A stretch of 64,000 bases of DNA from an uncultured Gemmatimonadales bacterium (GTDB lineage: Bacteria > Gemmatimonadota > Gemmatimonadetes > Longimicrobiales > RSA9): the NCBI GenBank assembly GCA_963798845.1, contig CAWCUS010000006.1:352001-416000 (forward strand). The letters are read 5' to 3'. Shown here in pieces: positions 19,017 to 29,065 of this stretch. Numbering within the stretch: position 1 is the first letter of the stretch; every line of letters begins with the position of its first letter. The notes under the pieces are model-generated. The model saw nothing but the letters and a program-made list of their open reading frames with translations, did no database searches and was not told the DNA's origin. A program made the position numbers and the translations under genes.

Positions 19017-19850
19017 TCAGGACCCGGCGAGCTCGGTCGACAGCGCGGCCCTCGTGGCCCGGTAACCCTCTTCGAGGAAGTATTCGACGGCGTCGAAGTC
19101 GAAGGTCGAGTACCCTTGCAGCTTCGGGTGTACGTGTACCACCCGCGGGCCGAGCCAGGAGTCCTCCACCACCTCCCGCCGGGCGTGCGCCATGATGTCC
19201 ATGACGCGGTGGTGGATCGCGATCATCCCTTTCTCCACCGTGTCCGCGGCGTCCTTGGTCCGGCCCGCGGAGGCGTTCACGGCAATGATCAGGTCGGCCC
19301 CCCGATCCGCCGCGCGCGTGATCGGCACGGTGTCCATCACCCCCCCGTCCACCAGGTGCATCCGGTTCACCTGCGCAGGCGGGTAGAAGACCGGCAACGC
19401 CGAAGACGCGTACACCGCCTCCGCCAGGTGCACGTCCGTCCGGCCCCCGGCACCGAACCACACGGTGCGCCCGCTCTCCAGGTCGACCGCGTTGATGCTT
19501 ACCGGCAGCACCAGCTCAGACCATTCCCGCACGGGCAAGACGCGCGCGATGTACGCTCGCAACGCCTCTCCCTTGAACATCGCGGGCTGACGGATGCCGT
19601 TCGGCAGCAGCGCCCAGCGATTGATGTCCACGATGTCCTGCTTGCGGAGAGCCCGCGCGTGCCGCACCAGGTCTTCGGGAGTGGCCCCGCCGGCTATGCT
19701 GGCCGCCACGAGCGCCCCGATGCTCGTCCCCACGACTTCCGTCACCGGAATCCCCGCCTCGCGCACGGCGCGCCACGCTCCGGCGTGGGCGATCCCCTTC
19801 ACTCCGCCGCCCCCCAGGACGAGCACCACCCGCTGTGTCAATGCGGTCAT
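19017..19850 (-). CDS. Patatin-like phospholipase
   Basis: GGGGVKG, GTSIG and DGG motifs. The upstream part of the 696-aa ORF is a shadow of sufC. Confidence 0.9.
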   Translation of the reverse strand: MTALTQRVVLVLGGGGVKGIAHAGAWRAVREAGIPVTEVVGTSIGALVAASIAGGATPEDLVRHARALRKQDIVDINRWALLPNGIRQPAMFKGEALRAYIARVLPVREWSELVLPVSINAVDLESGRTVWFGAGGRTDVHLAEAVYASSALPVFYPPAQVNRMHLVDGGVMDTVPITRAADRGADLIIAVNASAGRTKDAADTVEKGMIAIHHRVMDIMAHARREVVEDSWLGPRVVHVHPKLQGYSTFDFDAVEYFLEEGYRATRAALSTELAGS

Positions 19851-19949
19851 GCCGGCAACGTACCGCCCCGGCTCCTTCGCGGGAAGCCGGGGACCCTGGG
19901 GCGTGTTCGGGGGTTGCATTGGGACTGGCGGCGCGGTATGGTTGAGATC

Positions 19950-19962
19950 AAGAATCATTCTT
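19950..19962. promoter_or_regulatory. AT-rich palindrome upstream of the suf operon (Fur/PerR-box-like)
   Basis: AAGAAT-C-ATTCTT, a perfect 6-1-6 inverted repeat in the divergent promoter region. Confidence 0.45.
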
Positions 19963-20042
19963 TGTAACGAGCGCACCGCCCGGCAGGCCCGCCACGGGGC
20001 GGGTTTTGTTTGCACGGCAGTGGAGGAATCGAGCGCGGAGAC

Positions 20043-20813
20043 ATGGCGATCCTGAAGATCGAGGACCTGCGGGCGAAGGTCGCAGGAGACGAGGGGCAGG
20101 AGATCCTGCGGGGGTTGAGCCTGGAGGTGGAGGCCGGGAAGATCCACGCGATCATGGGCCCGAACGGGTCCGGGAAGAGCACGCTGGCCAAGGCGCTGGC
20201 GGGGCATCCCTCGTACGAGGTGACCGGAGGTCGGGTCGAGTTCGAGGGCGAGGACCTGCTGGCTCTGGCGGCGGATGAGCGGGCGCGGGCGGGCGTGTTC
20301 CTTGCTTTCCAGTACCCTGTGGAGATCCCGGGCGTGTCCATCGCGAACTTCCTGCGAACGGCGATCCAGGCGAAGCGTGGCGACGAGGAAGTGGACCTGT
20401 TCGAGTTCCAGCAGGAGCTGATGGAGAAGATGGCGCTGCTGGAGATGGACCCGGCGTTCGCGGTGCGGAGCGTGAATCAGGGGTTCAGCGGTGGCGAGAA
20501 GAAGCGAAACGAGATCCTGCAGCTCGCGATGCTGGAGCCGAAGCTGGCGATCCTGGACGAGACGGACTCGGGCCTGGACATCGACGCGCTGAAGGTGGTG
20601 GCGAGCGGGGTGAACAGGATCCATGACCAGCGCGAGGACATGGGAGTGCTGCTGATCACGCACTATCAGCGCCTGCTGAATTACATCAGGCCCGATGTCG
20701 TGCACGTGATGGTGCGGGGCCGGATCGTTGAGAGTGGCGGCGCGGATCTGGCGCTCAAGCTGGAGGAGCAGGGCTACGAGGCCTGGCGAGAGGAGGAGGC
20801 GGCGGGGGTCTGA
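20043..20813 (+). CDS. sufC: Fe-S cluster assembly ATPase SufC
   Basis: [32 protein letters not shown] and [10 protein letters not shown] motifs. Confidence 0.97.
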   Translation: MAILKIEDLRAKVAGDEGQEILRGLSLEVEAGKIHAIMGPNGSGKSTLAKALAGHPSYEVTGGRVEFEGEDLLALAADERARAGVFLAFQYPVEIPGVSIANFLRTAIQAKRGDEEVDLFEFQQELMEKMALLEMDPAFAVRSVNQGFSGGEKKRNEILQLAMLEPKLAILDETDSGLDIDALKVVASGVNRIHDQREDMGVLLITHYQRLLNYIRPDVVHVMVRGRIVESGGADLALKLEEQGYEAWREEEAAGV

Positions 20814-20930
20814 GCGCGTCCCGTATAACGGTGGTGCGGGACGGCGCGCCTTTCGAACGGCGGCGCCGCTTCGCGGCTGTCGAGGGCGGGGCCGGCGGAA
20901 CGGCGGATCAGGAGGGTATTGCGGGGCTGA

Positions 20931-21021
20931 GATCGAATCCCGCAGCGCGGGTCGCGACGGCGAAGCCGGAGCGATCGAATCCCGCAGCGCGGGTCGCGAC
21001 GGCGAAGCCGGAGCGATCGAA
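20931..21021 (+). repeat. 42-bp perfect tandem repeat x2 plus a partial copy, intergenic
   Basis: gatcgaatcccgcagcgcgggtcgcgacggcgaagccggagc at 20931-20972 and 20973-21014, then gatcgaa. Confidence 0.9.
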
Positions 21022-21139
21022 CTCCGCGTAGCGGGCTGCCGGAGGCATGGACCGCCATCCGGCGCCAACGGAACGTCGGCTGCCGGGTAGCAGAGGGAAG
21101 ACGACAAGCAGTGCCCACACGGGTGGAAGGCGAGAAGCT

Positions 21140-22555
21140 ATGCCGTACGACGACACAGTCGCGAATCTGGGGCTCGAGGACTACAAGTACGGGTTCCGAA
21201 CGGACGACCAGGTGGTCTTCCGGGCCGAGCCGGGCCTCAGCGAGGACGTGGTTCGCCAGATCTCGGCGAACAAGGGCGAGCCGGACTGGATGCTGGATTT
21301 CCGGCTGAAGGCGCTGGAAGTCTACCACCGGAAGCCGATCCCGACGTGGGGCGCGGACCTGACGGGTCTCGAGGAGGTGCTGGACAGCATCTACTACTAC
21401 GTCCGGCCGCAGGAGAAGATGGAGCGGTCATGGGAGGACGTGCCGGAGAACATCAAGAAGACGTTCCAGCGGCTCGGGATCCCGGAGGCAGAGCAGAAGG
21501 TGCTGGCGGGTGTCGGTGCGCAGTACGAGTCGGAGATGGTGTACCACTCGCTGAAGAAGGAGTGGGAAAACAAGGGGATCATCTTCGAGTCTATCGAGAA
21601 CGGGCTGCGTCTCTATCCCGAGCTCTTCCGCGAGCACTTCTCCACGGTCGTTCCGCCGGCCGACAACAAGTTCGCGGCGCTGAACTCGGCCGTGTGGTCC
21701 GGGGGGTCGTTCGTCTACATCCCGAAGGGCGTGAAGATCGACACGCCCCTCCAGGCGTACTTCCGTGTGAACCAGGAGCGGATGGGCCAGTTCGAGCGCA
21801 CGCTGATCATCGTGGAGGAGGGGGCGGACGCGCAGTACATCGAGGGGTGCACGGCGCCGGTCTACTCGACGGAGTCGTTCCACAGCGGCGTGATCGAGAT
21901 CATCATCAAGGACAACGCCCGTTTCCGCTACGTCACGATCCAGAACTGGTCGAACAACATGTACAACCTGGTCACCCAGCGGGCGCTGGTGGGCCGGAAC
22001 GGGCACATGGAGTGGATCGACGGGAACCTGGGGTCGAAAGCGACGATGAAGTACCCGTCGTGCTACCTGATGGGCGAGGGTGCGCACGGCTCGATCCTGA
22101 GCATCGCGTACGCGGGCAACGGGCAGCACCAGGACACGGGCGGGAAGGTGGTGCACGCGGCGCCCAACACGACGTCGCAGATCATCTCGAAATCGATCTC
22201 GGTGGGCACAGGCCGCTCGACGTACCGGGGTCTGGCGAAGGTGTACGAGGGAGCGACGCGGGCGAAGAGCAACGTGGAGTGTGACGCTCTGCTGCTGAAC
22301 GAGACGAGCCGCACGGACACGTTCCCGTACATCGAGATCGAGGAGAACAGCGCGAGCATCGGGCACGAGGCGAGCGTGTCGAAGATCGGCGAAGAGCAGC
22401 TCTTCTACCTGATGAGCCGCGGTCTGGCGGAGGACGAGGCCGCCGCGCTGATCGTGCGCGGCTTCATCGAGCCGATCTCCAAGGAGCTCCCGCTGGAGTA
22501 CGCGGTGGAGCTCAACCGTCTGATCGAGCTGGAGATGGAGGGCAGCGTTGGCTGA
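21140..22555 (+). CDS. sufB: Fe-S cluster assembly protein SufB
   Basis: [35 protein letters not shown] and HEASVSKI motifs. Confidence 0.97.
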   Translation: MPYDDTVANLGLEDYKYGFRTDDQVVFRAEPGLSEDVVRQISANKGEPDWMLDFRLKALEVYHRKPIPTWGADLTGLEEVLDSIYYYVRPQEKMERSWEDVPENIKKTFQRLGIPEAEQKVLAGVGAQYESEMVYHSLKKEWENKGIIFESIENGLRLYPELFREHFSTVVPPADNKFAALNSAVWSGGSFVYIPKGVKIDTPLQAYFRVNQERMGQFERTLIIVEEGADAQYIEGCTAPVYSTESFHSGVIEIIIKDNARFRYVTIQNWSNNMYNLVTQRALVGRNGHMEWIDGNLGSKATMKYPSCYLMGEGAHGSILSIAYAGNGQHQDTGGKVVHAAPNTTSQIISKSISVGTGRSTYRGLAKVYEGATRAKSNVECDALLLNETSRTDTFPYIEIEENSASIGHEASVSKIGEEQLFYLMSRGLAEDEAAALIVRGFIEPISKELPLEYAVELNRLIELEMEGSVG

Positions 22556-23858
22556 GGTCGCAGCGCCCCCGAGGGGGCTGACGGGCATAAGACGGGAGGA
22601 GGCGCTGGACCTGGCCGACGGGCACCCGGACTGGCTGCGGTCGCTGCGCAAGGAAGCGTTCGATGCGTTCGAGCGCCTGGACTATCCCACGCGCAAGCTG
22701 GAGGAGTGGCGGTACACGGAGGTGAGCCAGCTGAAGCTGGACGCCGTCCGCCCCGCTTCGAGGGCCGGGGGCCCGCCACCGGCGGAGGCGAGGACGCTGC
22801 TGGCCGAGAAGGACGCCGCGGCGAGAGTGCTGTTCGCGGGGGCGTCGCCGGCGGAAATCGAAGTGGATCCGGTCGTCGCCAGGCAGGGTGTGGTCGTGCA
22901 GGACCTGGCGACGGCGGCGGCGGAGCACCCCGAGCTGGTGCAAAAGCACCTGGGCTCGGCCCTGGCCATGGATGCCGACCGGCTGGCTGCGCTGAATGGC
23001 GCGTTGTGGACGGGTGGCGTCTTCGTGTACGTGCCGCCCGGGGTCAGGGTGGAGCAGCCGATCCGGGCGGCGCGCTGGCTGGGGGAGAGCGGTGTGGCCG
23101 TTTTCCCACGCACGCTCATCGTGGTGGAGGCCGGGAGCCACCTGGCGTACGTGGACGAGTTCGCTTCGCCGGACTTCGACGCCCCGGCCGTGTCGCTGGG
23201 CGCGGTGGAGGTGATCGCGGGGGAGGGCGCGGACGTGCAGTACGTGGCCGCGCAGCAGTGGGGGGCGAAGGTGCGGCACCTTTCCATGCAGCGGACGCTG
23301 GCGGCGAAAGACAGCAACCTGGACACGCTTGTGGTGAACCTGGGCGCGGAGGTCGCTCGGGTGGACCTGAACGCGCGGCTGGAGGGCCCGGGCGCCCGGA
23401 GCGAGATGCTGGGGCTCTACTTCGCCCGGGGCAGGCAGCACTTCGACCACAACACGCGGCAGGACCACGTGAGCCCGGGCGCGAACAGCGATCTGCTGTA
23501 CAAGGGTGCGCTGTACGACCGCTCGAAGGCGATCTTCCGTGGGGTGATCAGGGTCTTCCCGGGCGCGCAGAAGACTGACGCGTATCAGACCAACCGCAAC
23601 CTCCTGCTGAGCGAGGAAGCGGAAGCGGTCTCGCTCCCGAACCTGGAGATCGAAGCGGACGACGTGAAATGCTCCCACGGCGCCACGGTGGGGCACCTGG
23701 ACGACGAGGAGATGTTCTACCTTCTGAGCCGCGGGCTCAACAAGGAGCAGGCAGAGCGGCTGGTGATCTTCGGCTTCTTCGGCGAGGTGCTGGACCGGCT
23801 CCCGCTTCCCGGTGTGGTGGCGGAGCTCAAATCGGCGATCGAAGCCAAGATCCGCTGA
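22548..23858 (+). CDS. sufD: Fe-S cluster assembly protein SufD
   Basis: [21 protein letters not shown] and [19 protein letters not shown] motifs. Confidence 0.95.
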   Translation: MAEVAAPPRGLTGIRREEALDLADGHPDWLRSLRKEAFDAFERLDYPTRKLEEWRYTEVSQLKLDAVRPASRAGGPPPAEARTLLAEKDAAARVLFAGASPAEIEVDPVVARQGVVVQDLATAAAEHPELVQKHLGSALAMDADRLAALNGALWTGGVFVYVPPGVRVEQPIRAARWLGESGVAVFPRTLIVVEAGSHLAYVDEFASPDFDAPAVSLGAVEVIAGEGADVQYVAAQQWGAKVRHLSMQRTLAAKDSNLDTLVVNLGAEVARVDLNARLEGPGARSEMLGLYFARGRQHFDHNTRQDHVSPGANSDLLYKGALYDRSKAIFRGVIRVFPGAQKTDAYQTNRNLLLSEEAEAVSLPNLEIEADDVKCSHGATVGHLDDEEMFYLLSRGLNKEQAERLVIFGFFGEVLDRLPLPGVVAELKSAIEAKIR

Positions 23859-24169
23859 TGGTGTGGATACAGGTGGCCACGACGGCCGACCTCCCCGAGC
23901 GGGGAATCGTGGCCGTCGAGGCCGACGGGGAAAACATCGCGCTGATCGCGACCGGCGGGGGCGCGTACTACGCGCTGAAGGACCGGTGCTCGCACGCGAA
24001 CTATCCGCTCTCGGACGGCGAGCTGATCGACGATGAGCGGCTGGAGTGCCAGTATCACGGTGCGAAGTTCGACGTGAAGAGCGGGCGGGCGCTGGCGCTG
24101 CCGGCGATCCGGCCCGTAAAGAGCTACGAGGTCAGGGTGGAAGGGGACGCCATCCTGGTGGACGTGTGA
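23858..24169 (+). CDS. Rieske [2Fe-2S] ferredoxin
   Basis: CSH...CQYH Rieske ligands. TGATG coupling to sufD. Confidence 0.9.
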   Translation: MVWIQVATTADLPERGIVAVEADGENIALIATGGGAYYALKDRCSHANYPLSDGELIDDERLECQYHGAKFDVKSGRALALPAIRPVKSYEVRVEGDAILVDV

Positions 24170-24173
24170 GGCG

Positions 24174-25466
24174 ATGAGCGATCGAGAACGACGGGAGAAC
24201 GGCGGGGTCACCGTCGCGGGGGCAACCGCGGCGCGCGGCCCCGATTCCATCAATGCGGCCGCGGTGCGCGAGCGCTTTCCGCTGCTGGCCCGGGGCAACG
24301 GGGGTCGGCTCGTCTACCTGGACAGCGCGGCCACGGCCCAGCGTCCGGACGCCGTGATCGAGGCCGTGTCCGAGTTCTACCGCCGGGACAACGCCAACGT
24401 CCACCGCGGCATCTACGACCTGTCCCGCCGGGCCACGGAGCGGTTCGAGTCGGCGAGGGCGGTGGTGGCGAGAATGCTGAACGCCCCGTCGTCGTCCGAA
24501 GTGGTATGGACGCGGGGCACGACGGAGTCCATCAACCTGGTGGCGGCCACATGGGGCCCGGAACACGTGGGCGAGGGCGACGAGATCGTCCTCACGCTCC
24601 TGGACCACCACTCCAACATCGTCCCCTGGCAGCTCCTGGCTCGGCGGGTGGGCGCGAAGCTCCGCTACGTAGGGATCGACGACCAGGGCCGGCTGAAGCT
24701 GGACGAGCTGGACGCGCTGCTCAACGAGCGTACCCGGCTCGTGGCGCTGAACCACGTGTCCAACGCGCTGGGCACGGTGAATCCCGTGGCGGAGGTGGCG
24801 CGGCGGGCGCACGCCGCGGGCGCGAAGGTGCTGGTGGACGGGGCGCAGGGTGCGCCGCACCTTCCGGTCGACGTGCAGGCTCTCGGCGCCGACTTCTACG
24901 CGCTGAGCGGGCACAAGATGGGCGGCCCCATGGGGATCGGGGCGCTCTGGGCCCACCGCGAGCTCCTGGATGCCATGCCGCCGTACCAGGGCGGCGGCGA
25001 GATGATCGACGTGGTGAACGCCGACGAGTCCACGTGGGCGGAAGTGCCGCACAAGTTCGAGGCAGGCACGCCCAACGTGGCCGGCGCGGTCGGAATGGCC
25101 GCGGCCGTGGAGTTCCTTTCGGAGCTGGGCTCCGAGGCGGTGGCGGCCCACGAGGCGGCGCTGGTCCGCTACGGGCTGGAGCGTCTGGGCAGCCTCGAAG
25201 GCGTGCGTCTGTTCGGCCCCACGTCGCCGGAGGACCGGATCGCGGTGTTCTCCTTCGCACTGGAAGGCGTGCACCCCCATGACGTGGCCACGATCCTGGA
25301 CGCGGAGGGGATCGCGGTGCGGGCGGGGCACCACTGCACGCAGCCGCTCATGCGCTGCCTGAAGGTGCCGGCCACGACGCGAGCGTCATGTTACGTGTAC
25401 AACACCACCGACGACCTGGACCGTCTGGCGGAGGGGCTGGAGAAGGCAAGGGCCATCTTCGGCTGA
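24174..25466 (+). CDS. sufS: Cysteine desulfurase SufS
   Basis: YLDSAATAQ, HHSNIVPWQ, SGHK, FEAGTPN and RAGHHC motifs. Confidence 0.97.
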   Translation: MSDRERRENGGVTVAGATAARGPDSINAAAVRERFPLLARGNGGRLVYLDSAATAQRPDAVIEAVSEFYRRDNANVHRGIYDLSRRATERFESARAVVARMLNAPSSSEVVWTRGTTESINLVAATWGPEHVGEGDEIVLTLLDHHSNIVPWQLLARRVGAKLRYVGIDDQGRLKLDELDALLNERTRLVALNHVSNALGTVNPVAEVARRAHAAGAKVLVDGAQGAPHLPVDVQALGADFYALSGHKMGGPMGIGALWAHRELLDAMPPYQGGGEMIDVVNADESTWAEVPHKFEAGTPNVAGAVGMAAAVEFLSELGSEAVAAHEAALVRYGLERLGSLEGVRLFGPTSPEDRIAVFSFALEGVHPHDVATILDAEGIAVRAGHHCTQPLMRCLKVPATTRASCYVYNTTDDLDRLAEGLEKARAIFG

Positions 25467-25507
25467 GCCTCAGCCGCGCAACCGAGACTCGAACGCTGAA
25501 TCAACCA

Positions 25508-25963
25508 ATGGACCGATCGACGCCGGCGCTGGGAGACCTCTTCCAGGACATCATCCTCGAGCACTACAAGCGGCCGCGGAACAAGGGGACGCTGGAAGAC
25601 GCCACGGTCTCCGTGCACATGAACAACCCCACGTGCGGGGATGAAGTGATGCTGTACCTGGGGATCGAGGACGGCGTGGTGAAGGACGTGGCGTTCGAGG
25701 GGGAGGGTTGCTCGATCTCGCAGTCGTCGATCTCCATGATGACGCAGATCCTGAAGGACCAGCCGGTTGCCGACGGCCTGCGCATCGCCGGCCGGTTCAA
25801 GGAGATGATGCACGGCGACGCGGGCGCGGCGAAGGACAAGGAGCTGCGCGACGCCCGGGCGCTCGCCGGCGTGAGCAGGTTCCCGACCCGCATCAAGTGC
25901 GCGCTGCTCGGCTGGAACGCGTTCGAGGAAGCGGCCAAGCAGGCGGGGAACGGCAAGAAGTAG
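25508..25963 (+). CDS. sufU: SUF system NifU-family sulfur-transfer protein SufU
   Basis: NPTCGD, GCSISQSS and RIKCALLGW motifs. Confidence 0.93.
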   Translation: MDRSTPALGDLFQDIILEHYKRPRNKGTLEDATVSVHMNNPTCGDEVMLYLGIEDGVVKDVAFEGEGCSISQSSISMMTQILKDQPVADGLRIAGRFKEMMHGDAGAAKDKELRDARALAGVSRFPTRIKCALLGWNAFEEAAKQAGNGKK

Positions 25964-26035
25964 CAGGCGGCAGGCGGCAGGGGCCGCCACCGTCGCACCT
26001 GATCGGCGCTCACCGTTCCGGCGCGCCGATCAGCT

Positions 26036-27532
26036 TCAGCGGGCGTGCGTTCCCAGCACGCTACGCAGTGTATTTTCCAGTTCGCCTCCGCGCAGCCCCT
26101 TGTCGATGGCGATCACCGAGCCGTCGGGACCCACCAGCACCGCCTCGGGCAGACCCACGACTCCATAGGCCCGGGAGAGGTCGCTGCCGAAGATCGAGTC
26201 GGGGCCGGCGAAGGAGTGCACCCACGGCATGGGCCACTCTTTCCGGAAGGCCGCGACGTCCGCGCGCTGCGCGTCGAACGAGACGCTGACAATGTCGAAC
26301 CCGCTGTCGTGGAAGTCGCGGTACGCCCTGTGAAGGCTCGGCATCTCCGCCACGCACGGCACGCACCAGGTGGCCCAGAAGTCCACGAGCCAGACTCGCC
26401 CGGCAAAGCGGGACGGTGGGATCGAGTCGCCGTCCGCGGCGAAGGGTGGGAACTGAATGTCTGGTACCCGGCTTCCGGCGTTGATGGCCACTCCGGGCGG
26501 CGCCTGGCTGGCGAAGCGGTACGCGTCGCTCGTCGGGAAGCGCTCGCCGAGCTGCTGGTAGAGCGCCAGGGCATCCTGCTGGCGACCGGCGTTCTTGGCC
26601 AGCGCCAGCCGCTCTTCCAGCGCCCATGACCGGGCCGCGCTGTCGGGGTTCTCCTCGACCACGCGCCGCAGGTACTCGTCGGCCCTGTGGTCCGCCAGCG
26701 CTTTCCGTCCGGCCGCCGCCTGTACCTCCTCACCACCGGTGGTCCCCACACCCCCTGGGGCGTCCGCTGGAGCGGCCGCCCCGTCTTCACCCGTTTCCAC
26801 GGCGTCCTCGGCCATCAGGGCCATGGCGCTGATGGTGCGCAGGTCCGTCGGGCGCCGCGCCCAAACCAGGGACGTGGGCGGGATGCCGCGGAGGGCTGCA
26901 TCGTACGTGGTGTCGGGCAGGTCGTCGCCCGTGCCCCTGAAGCCGGTGCTGGCGAGAGCGAGCCACGCCGCGGCGCGGACTTCGGCGTTCCGGTCGGTGG
27001 TGGCGATGCGTCTCAGGGAGTCCGGCCAGGCTCCGAGCGGGACGCGGAGGTCCGGCTCGCGGCCGGCTGCCACGTCCGCTTCGTACGCTTCGAACTGGCG
27101 CCGCTCCACCGCGCGGATCTGGTCGAGGATCCGGCCCCAGCGGGCCGACGCGGTCCCGGGATCGGCGGGGTGGAGGTCGGGCGCGGCGGCGGTGTCGTCG
27201 ATGACGACGTCGAAGCGATCGGTCCCGGGCTGAAGCAGGAGCGCGGCCCAGTCCCAGCGCGCGTGGTCGCCAGCGCTGTCACGGGAGAATCCGACCATTG
27301 CGGAGCCTCCGGCGGGCACCCTCCACCGAATCCGTCCCGTGGAATCGGTGCGGGCCTGGAGCGTGGTGTCGGCGGCGTCCACGATCAGGCGGCCGTACAG
27401 TCCCGCCACCGGGCGCCCGTCGGAGTCGCGGGCCACGGCGGTGATGGTGCTGGTCCGGGAGCTGCCGTGGCAGGCCACCAGGACGACCATGGCGGCCAGC
27501 CGGAGCGGGCGGAGCTCGTTGCCAGGTTTCAT
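26036..27532 (-). CDS. TlpA/ResA-type thiol-disulfide oxidoreductase lipoprotein with a long N-terminal extension
   Basis: Lipobox LVAC and C-terminal thioredoxin fold DFWATWCVPC. Confidence 0.85.
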   Translation of the reverse strand: MKPGNELRPLRLAAMVVLVACHGSSRTSTITAVARDSDGRPVAGLYGRLIVDAADTTLQARTDSTGRIRWRVPAGGSAMVGFSRDSAGDHARWDWAALLLQPGTDRFDVVIDDTAAAPDLHPADPGTASARWGRILDQIRAVERRQFEAYEADVAAGREPDLRVPLGAWPDSLRRIATTDRNAEVRAAAWLALASTGFRGTGDDLPDTTYDAALRGIPPTSLVWARRPTDLRTISAMALMAEDAVETGEDGAAAPADAPGGVGTTGGEEVQAAAGRKALADHRADEYLRRVVEENPDSAARSWALEERLALAKNAGRQQDALALYQQLGERFPTSDAYRFASQAPPGVAINAGSRVPDIQFPPFAADGDSIPPSRFAGRVWLVDFWATWCVPCVAEMPSLHRAYRDFHDSGFDIVSVSFDAQRADVAAFRKEWPMPWVHSFAGPDSIFGSDLSRAYGVVGLPEAVLVGPDGSVIAIDKGLRGGELENTLRSVLGTHAR

Positions 27533-27539
27533 GACGATC

Positions 27540-28877
27540 TCAGAACTCGTCGAGGAGCCGGAAGCTCTCGCGCGTGGCGAAAGCACGGGCCAGCAGGTTT
27601 ACATCTCCGGATGTCCGGAGGGTCCGGCGGCGGGGTGGGAGAAGGGGGTCGAGCTCGCCGACATACAGCCGCGCGAGCGCGGACGGGTCAGCCAGGAGCG
27701 CCGCGTCTTCAGACTGTTGTCCGCCGTCGCCCGGCGGCGCTGTCTCCACCGAGGCGCTGCCATCCGGCGCGATCCGCACGACCCAGGCGCCGTCGTTGGC
27801 CGGGCGCTGGCTGTCGGCCGTCGCGATCCGCAGCGAGCATCCGCCAGCCGGCGCCCCGCCGTCGTCGAACCAGTGGCGGCGGCGCAGTGCGCCGGGCACG
27901 TCCAGCAATCTGGCCATGGGACCGCGGATTATGGTGGCTGTCGGGAACCAGAGCCCGCGCGAGCGAGGACGGCGGCCGCCCGGCGGCCGGGGATCGCGGA
28001 GCCGGTCGCCGAAGCGCTCTTCGGGTCGGGCGAAGTGGACGGCCTGGGGCCACTCGTCGGCGAGCCCGGCAAGATGCGCGAGGAGCGCGTCGTAGGCGAC
28101 GTCATCCTCCGCCACCAGCTCGCGCACCAGCAGGGTCCCCGGGCCACCGCGCCTCCCCGCCCGGAAGTGGAGCAGGGCGTAGCCGCGCACGCCGTCCTCC
28201 TCGACCACGACGGCGCTGTGCCGGAAGAGGCTCTCCCACACAGGCGGTCGCCGCAGAAGCAGTCCGTTCGAGCGCGCAGCCACGCGGGCGTAGCAGCGGG
28301 CGATGGCATCGCGGTCGTCCCGGGAGCGGGGGGACCGGACCGTACCGTGCGGGTCGGGCGGGGGGTCAGGAGCGGCCGCGGGGTGGCCTCGTGCGCCGGT
28401 GCCACCGGCGCGGGTGTAGTCGCCCGCGAGCAGGTCGCCCGTGGAGAACCGGTAGCGGTGAAGCCGGCCCACCAGCCCCCACCCGAGCCGTTCGTAGTAG
28501 TCGGGGCGGAAAGGGTAGAGCAGGCCGATCACGTCGCCGCGGTCGGCCGCGGCGTTGATGGCGTGCGTGCACAGTGTGGCACCAATGCCGCGGCGCCGGA
28601 AGTGCGGCTCCACGGCCACGGCCGCGAGCCCCATCACCGGCATCTCCCGACCGGCCACCACCTGGGTGAGCCGATAGATCCTGCACGCGGCGGCGAGGCG
28701 GCCCTGGTGCCGGGCTACGAGGACGTCGTCGAGCCCACCGTAGCGACCGCCGCGCTCCAGCTCGGCCGCCCTCGCCGCGGCGTCGCGCCGGCCGGGAAAG
28801 GCGCGAGACCAGAGGTCAGCGAGCGGGTGAATGTCGGACCGACAGGCGGGCTGGATCGCGAGGTCGGGGAGTTGCAT
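27540..28877 (-). CDS. Eis-family GNAT acetyltransferase (with C-terminal SCP2-like domain)
   Basis: VAVEPHFRRRGIG, LYPFRPDYYERLGW, MARLLDV and C-terminal LDEF. Confidence 0.85.
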   Translation of the reverse strand: MQLPDLAIQPACRSDIHPLADLWSRAFPGRRDAAARAAELERGGRYGGLDDVLVARHQGRLAAACRIYRLTQVVAGREMPVMGLAAVAVEPHFRRRGIGATLCTHAINAAADRGDVIGLLYPFRPDYYERLGWGLVGRLHRYRFSTGDLLAGDYTRAGGTGARGHPAAAPDPPPDPHGTVRSPRSRDDRDAIARCYARVAARSNGLLLRRPPVWESLFRHSAVVVEEDGVRGYALLHFRAGRRGGPGTLLVRELVAEDDVAYDALLAHLAGLADEWPQAVHFARPEERFGDRLRDPRPPGGRRPRSRGLWFPTATIIRGPMARLLDVPGALRRRHWFDDGGAPAGGCSLRIATADSQRPANDGAWVVRIAPDGSASVETAPPGDGGQQSEDAALLADPSALARLYVGELDPLLPPRRRTLRTSGDVNLLARAFATRESFRLLDEF

Positions 28878-29065
28878 GGCTCTGGCGTGTACACGGGCTG
28901 AAGCTGGAGCTTGGCGAGTCGATGGCGCCCGGTCAACGGCGGGCGGGGCAACCCGCTGTGCGCCGGTGCCGGCGCTTGCCGCCACCTGTCGCCGCGGTCA
29001 GCTTGTCCGTGCGGCCCGGGAACGGCTCCGGCCGGTCACGTGAGGGAGCAACCTGGAGGCGAGGA

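Noticed and set aside
20931..21021. 42-bp repeats as a CRISPR array
   Set aside because: The units are directly adjacent with no spacers, there are only two full copies, and no cas genes are present.
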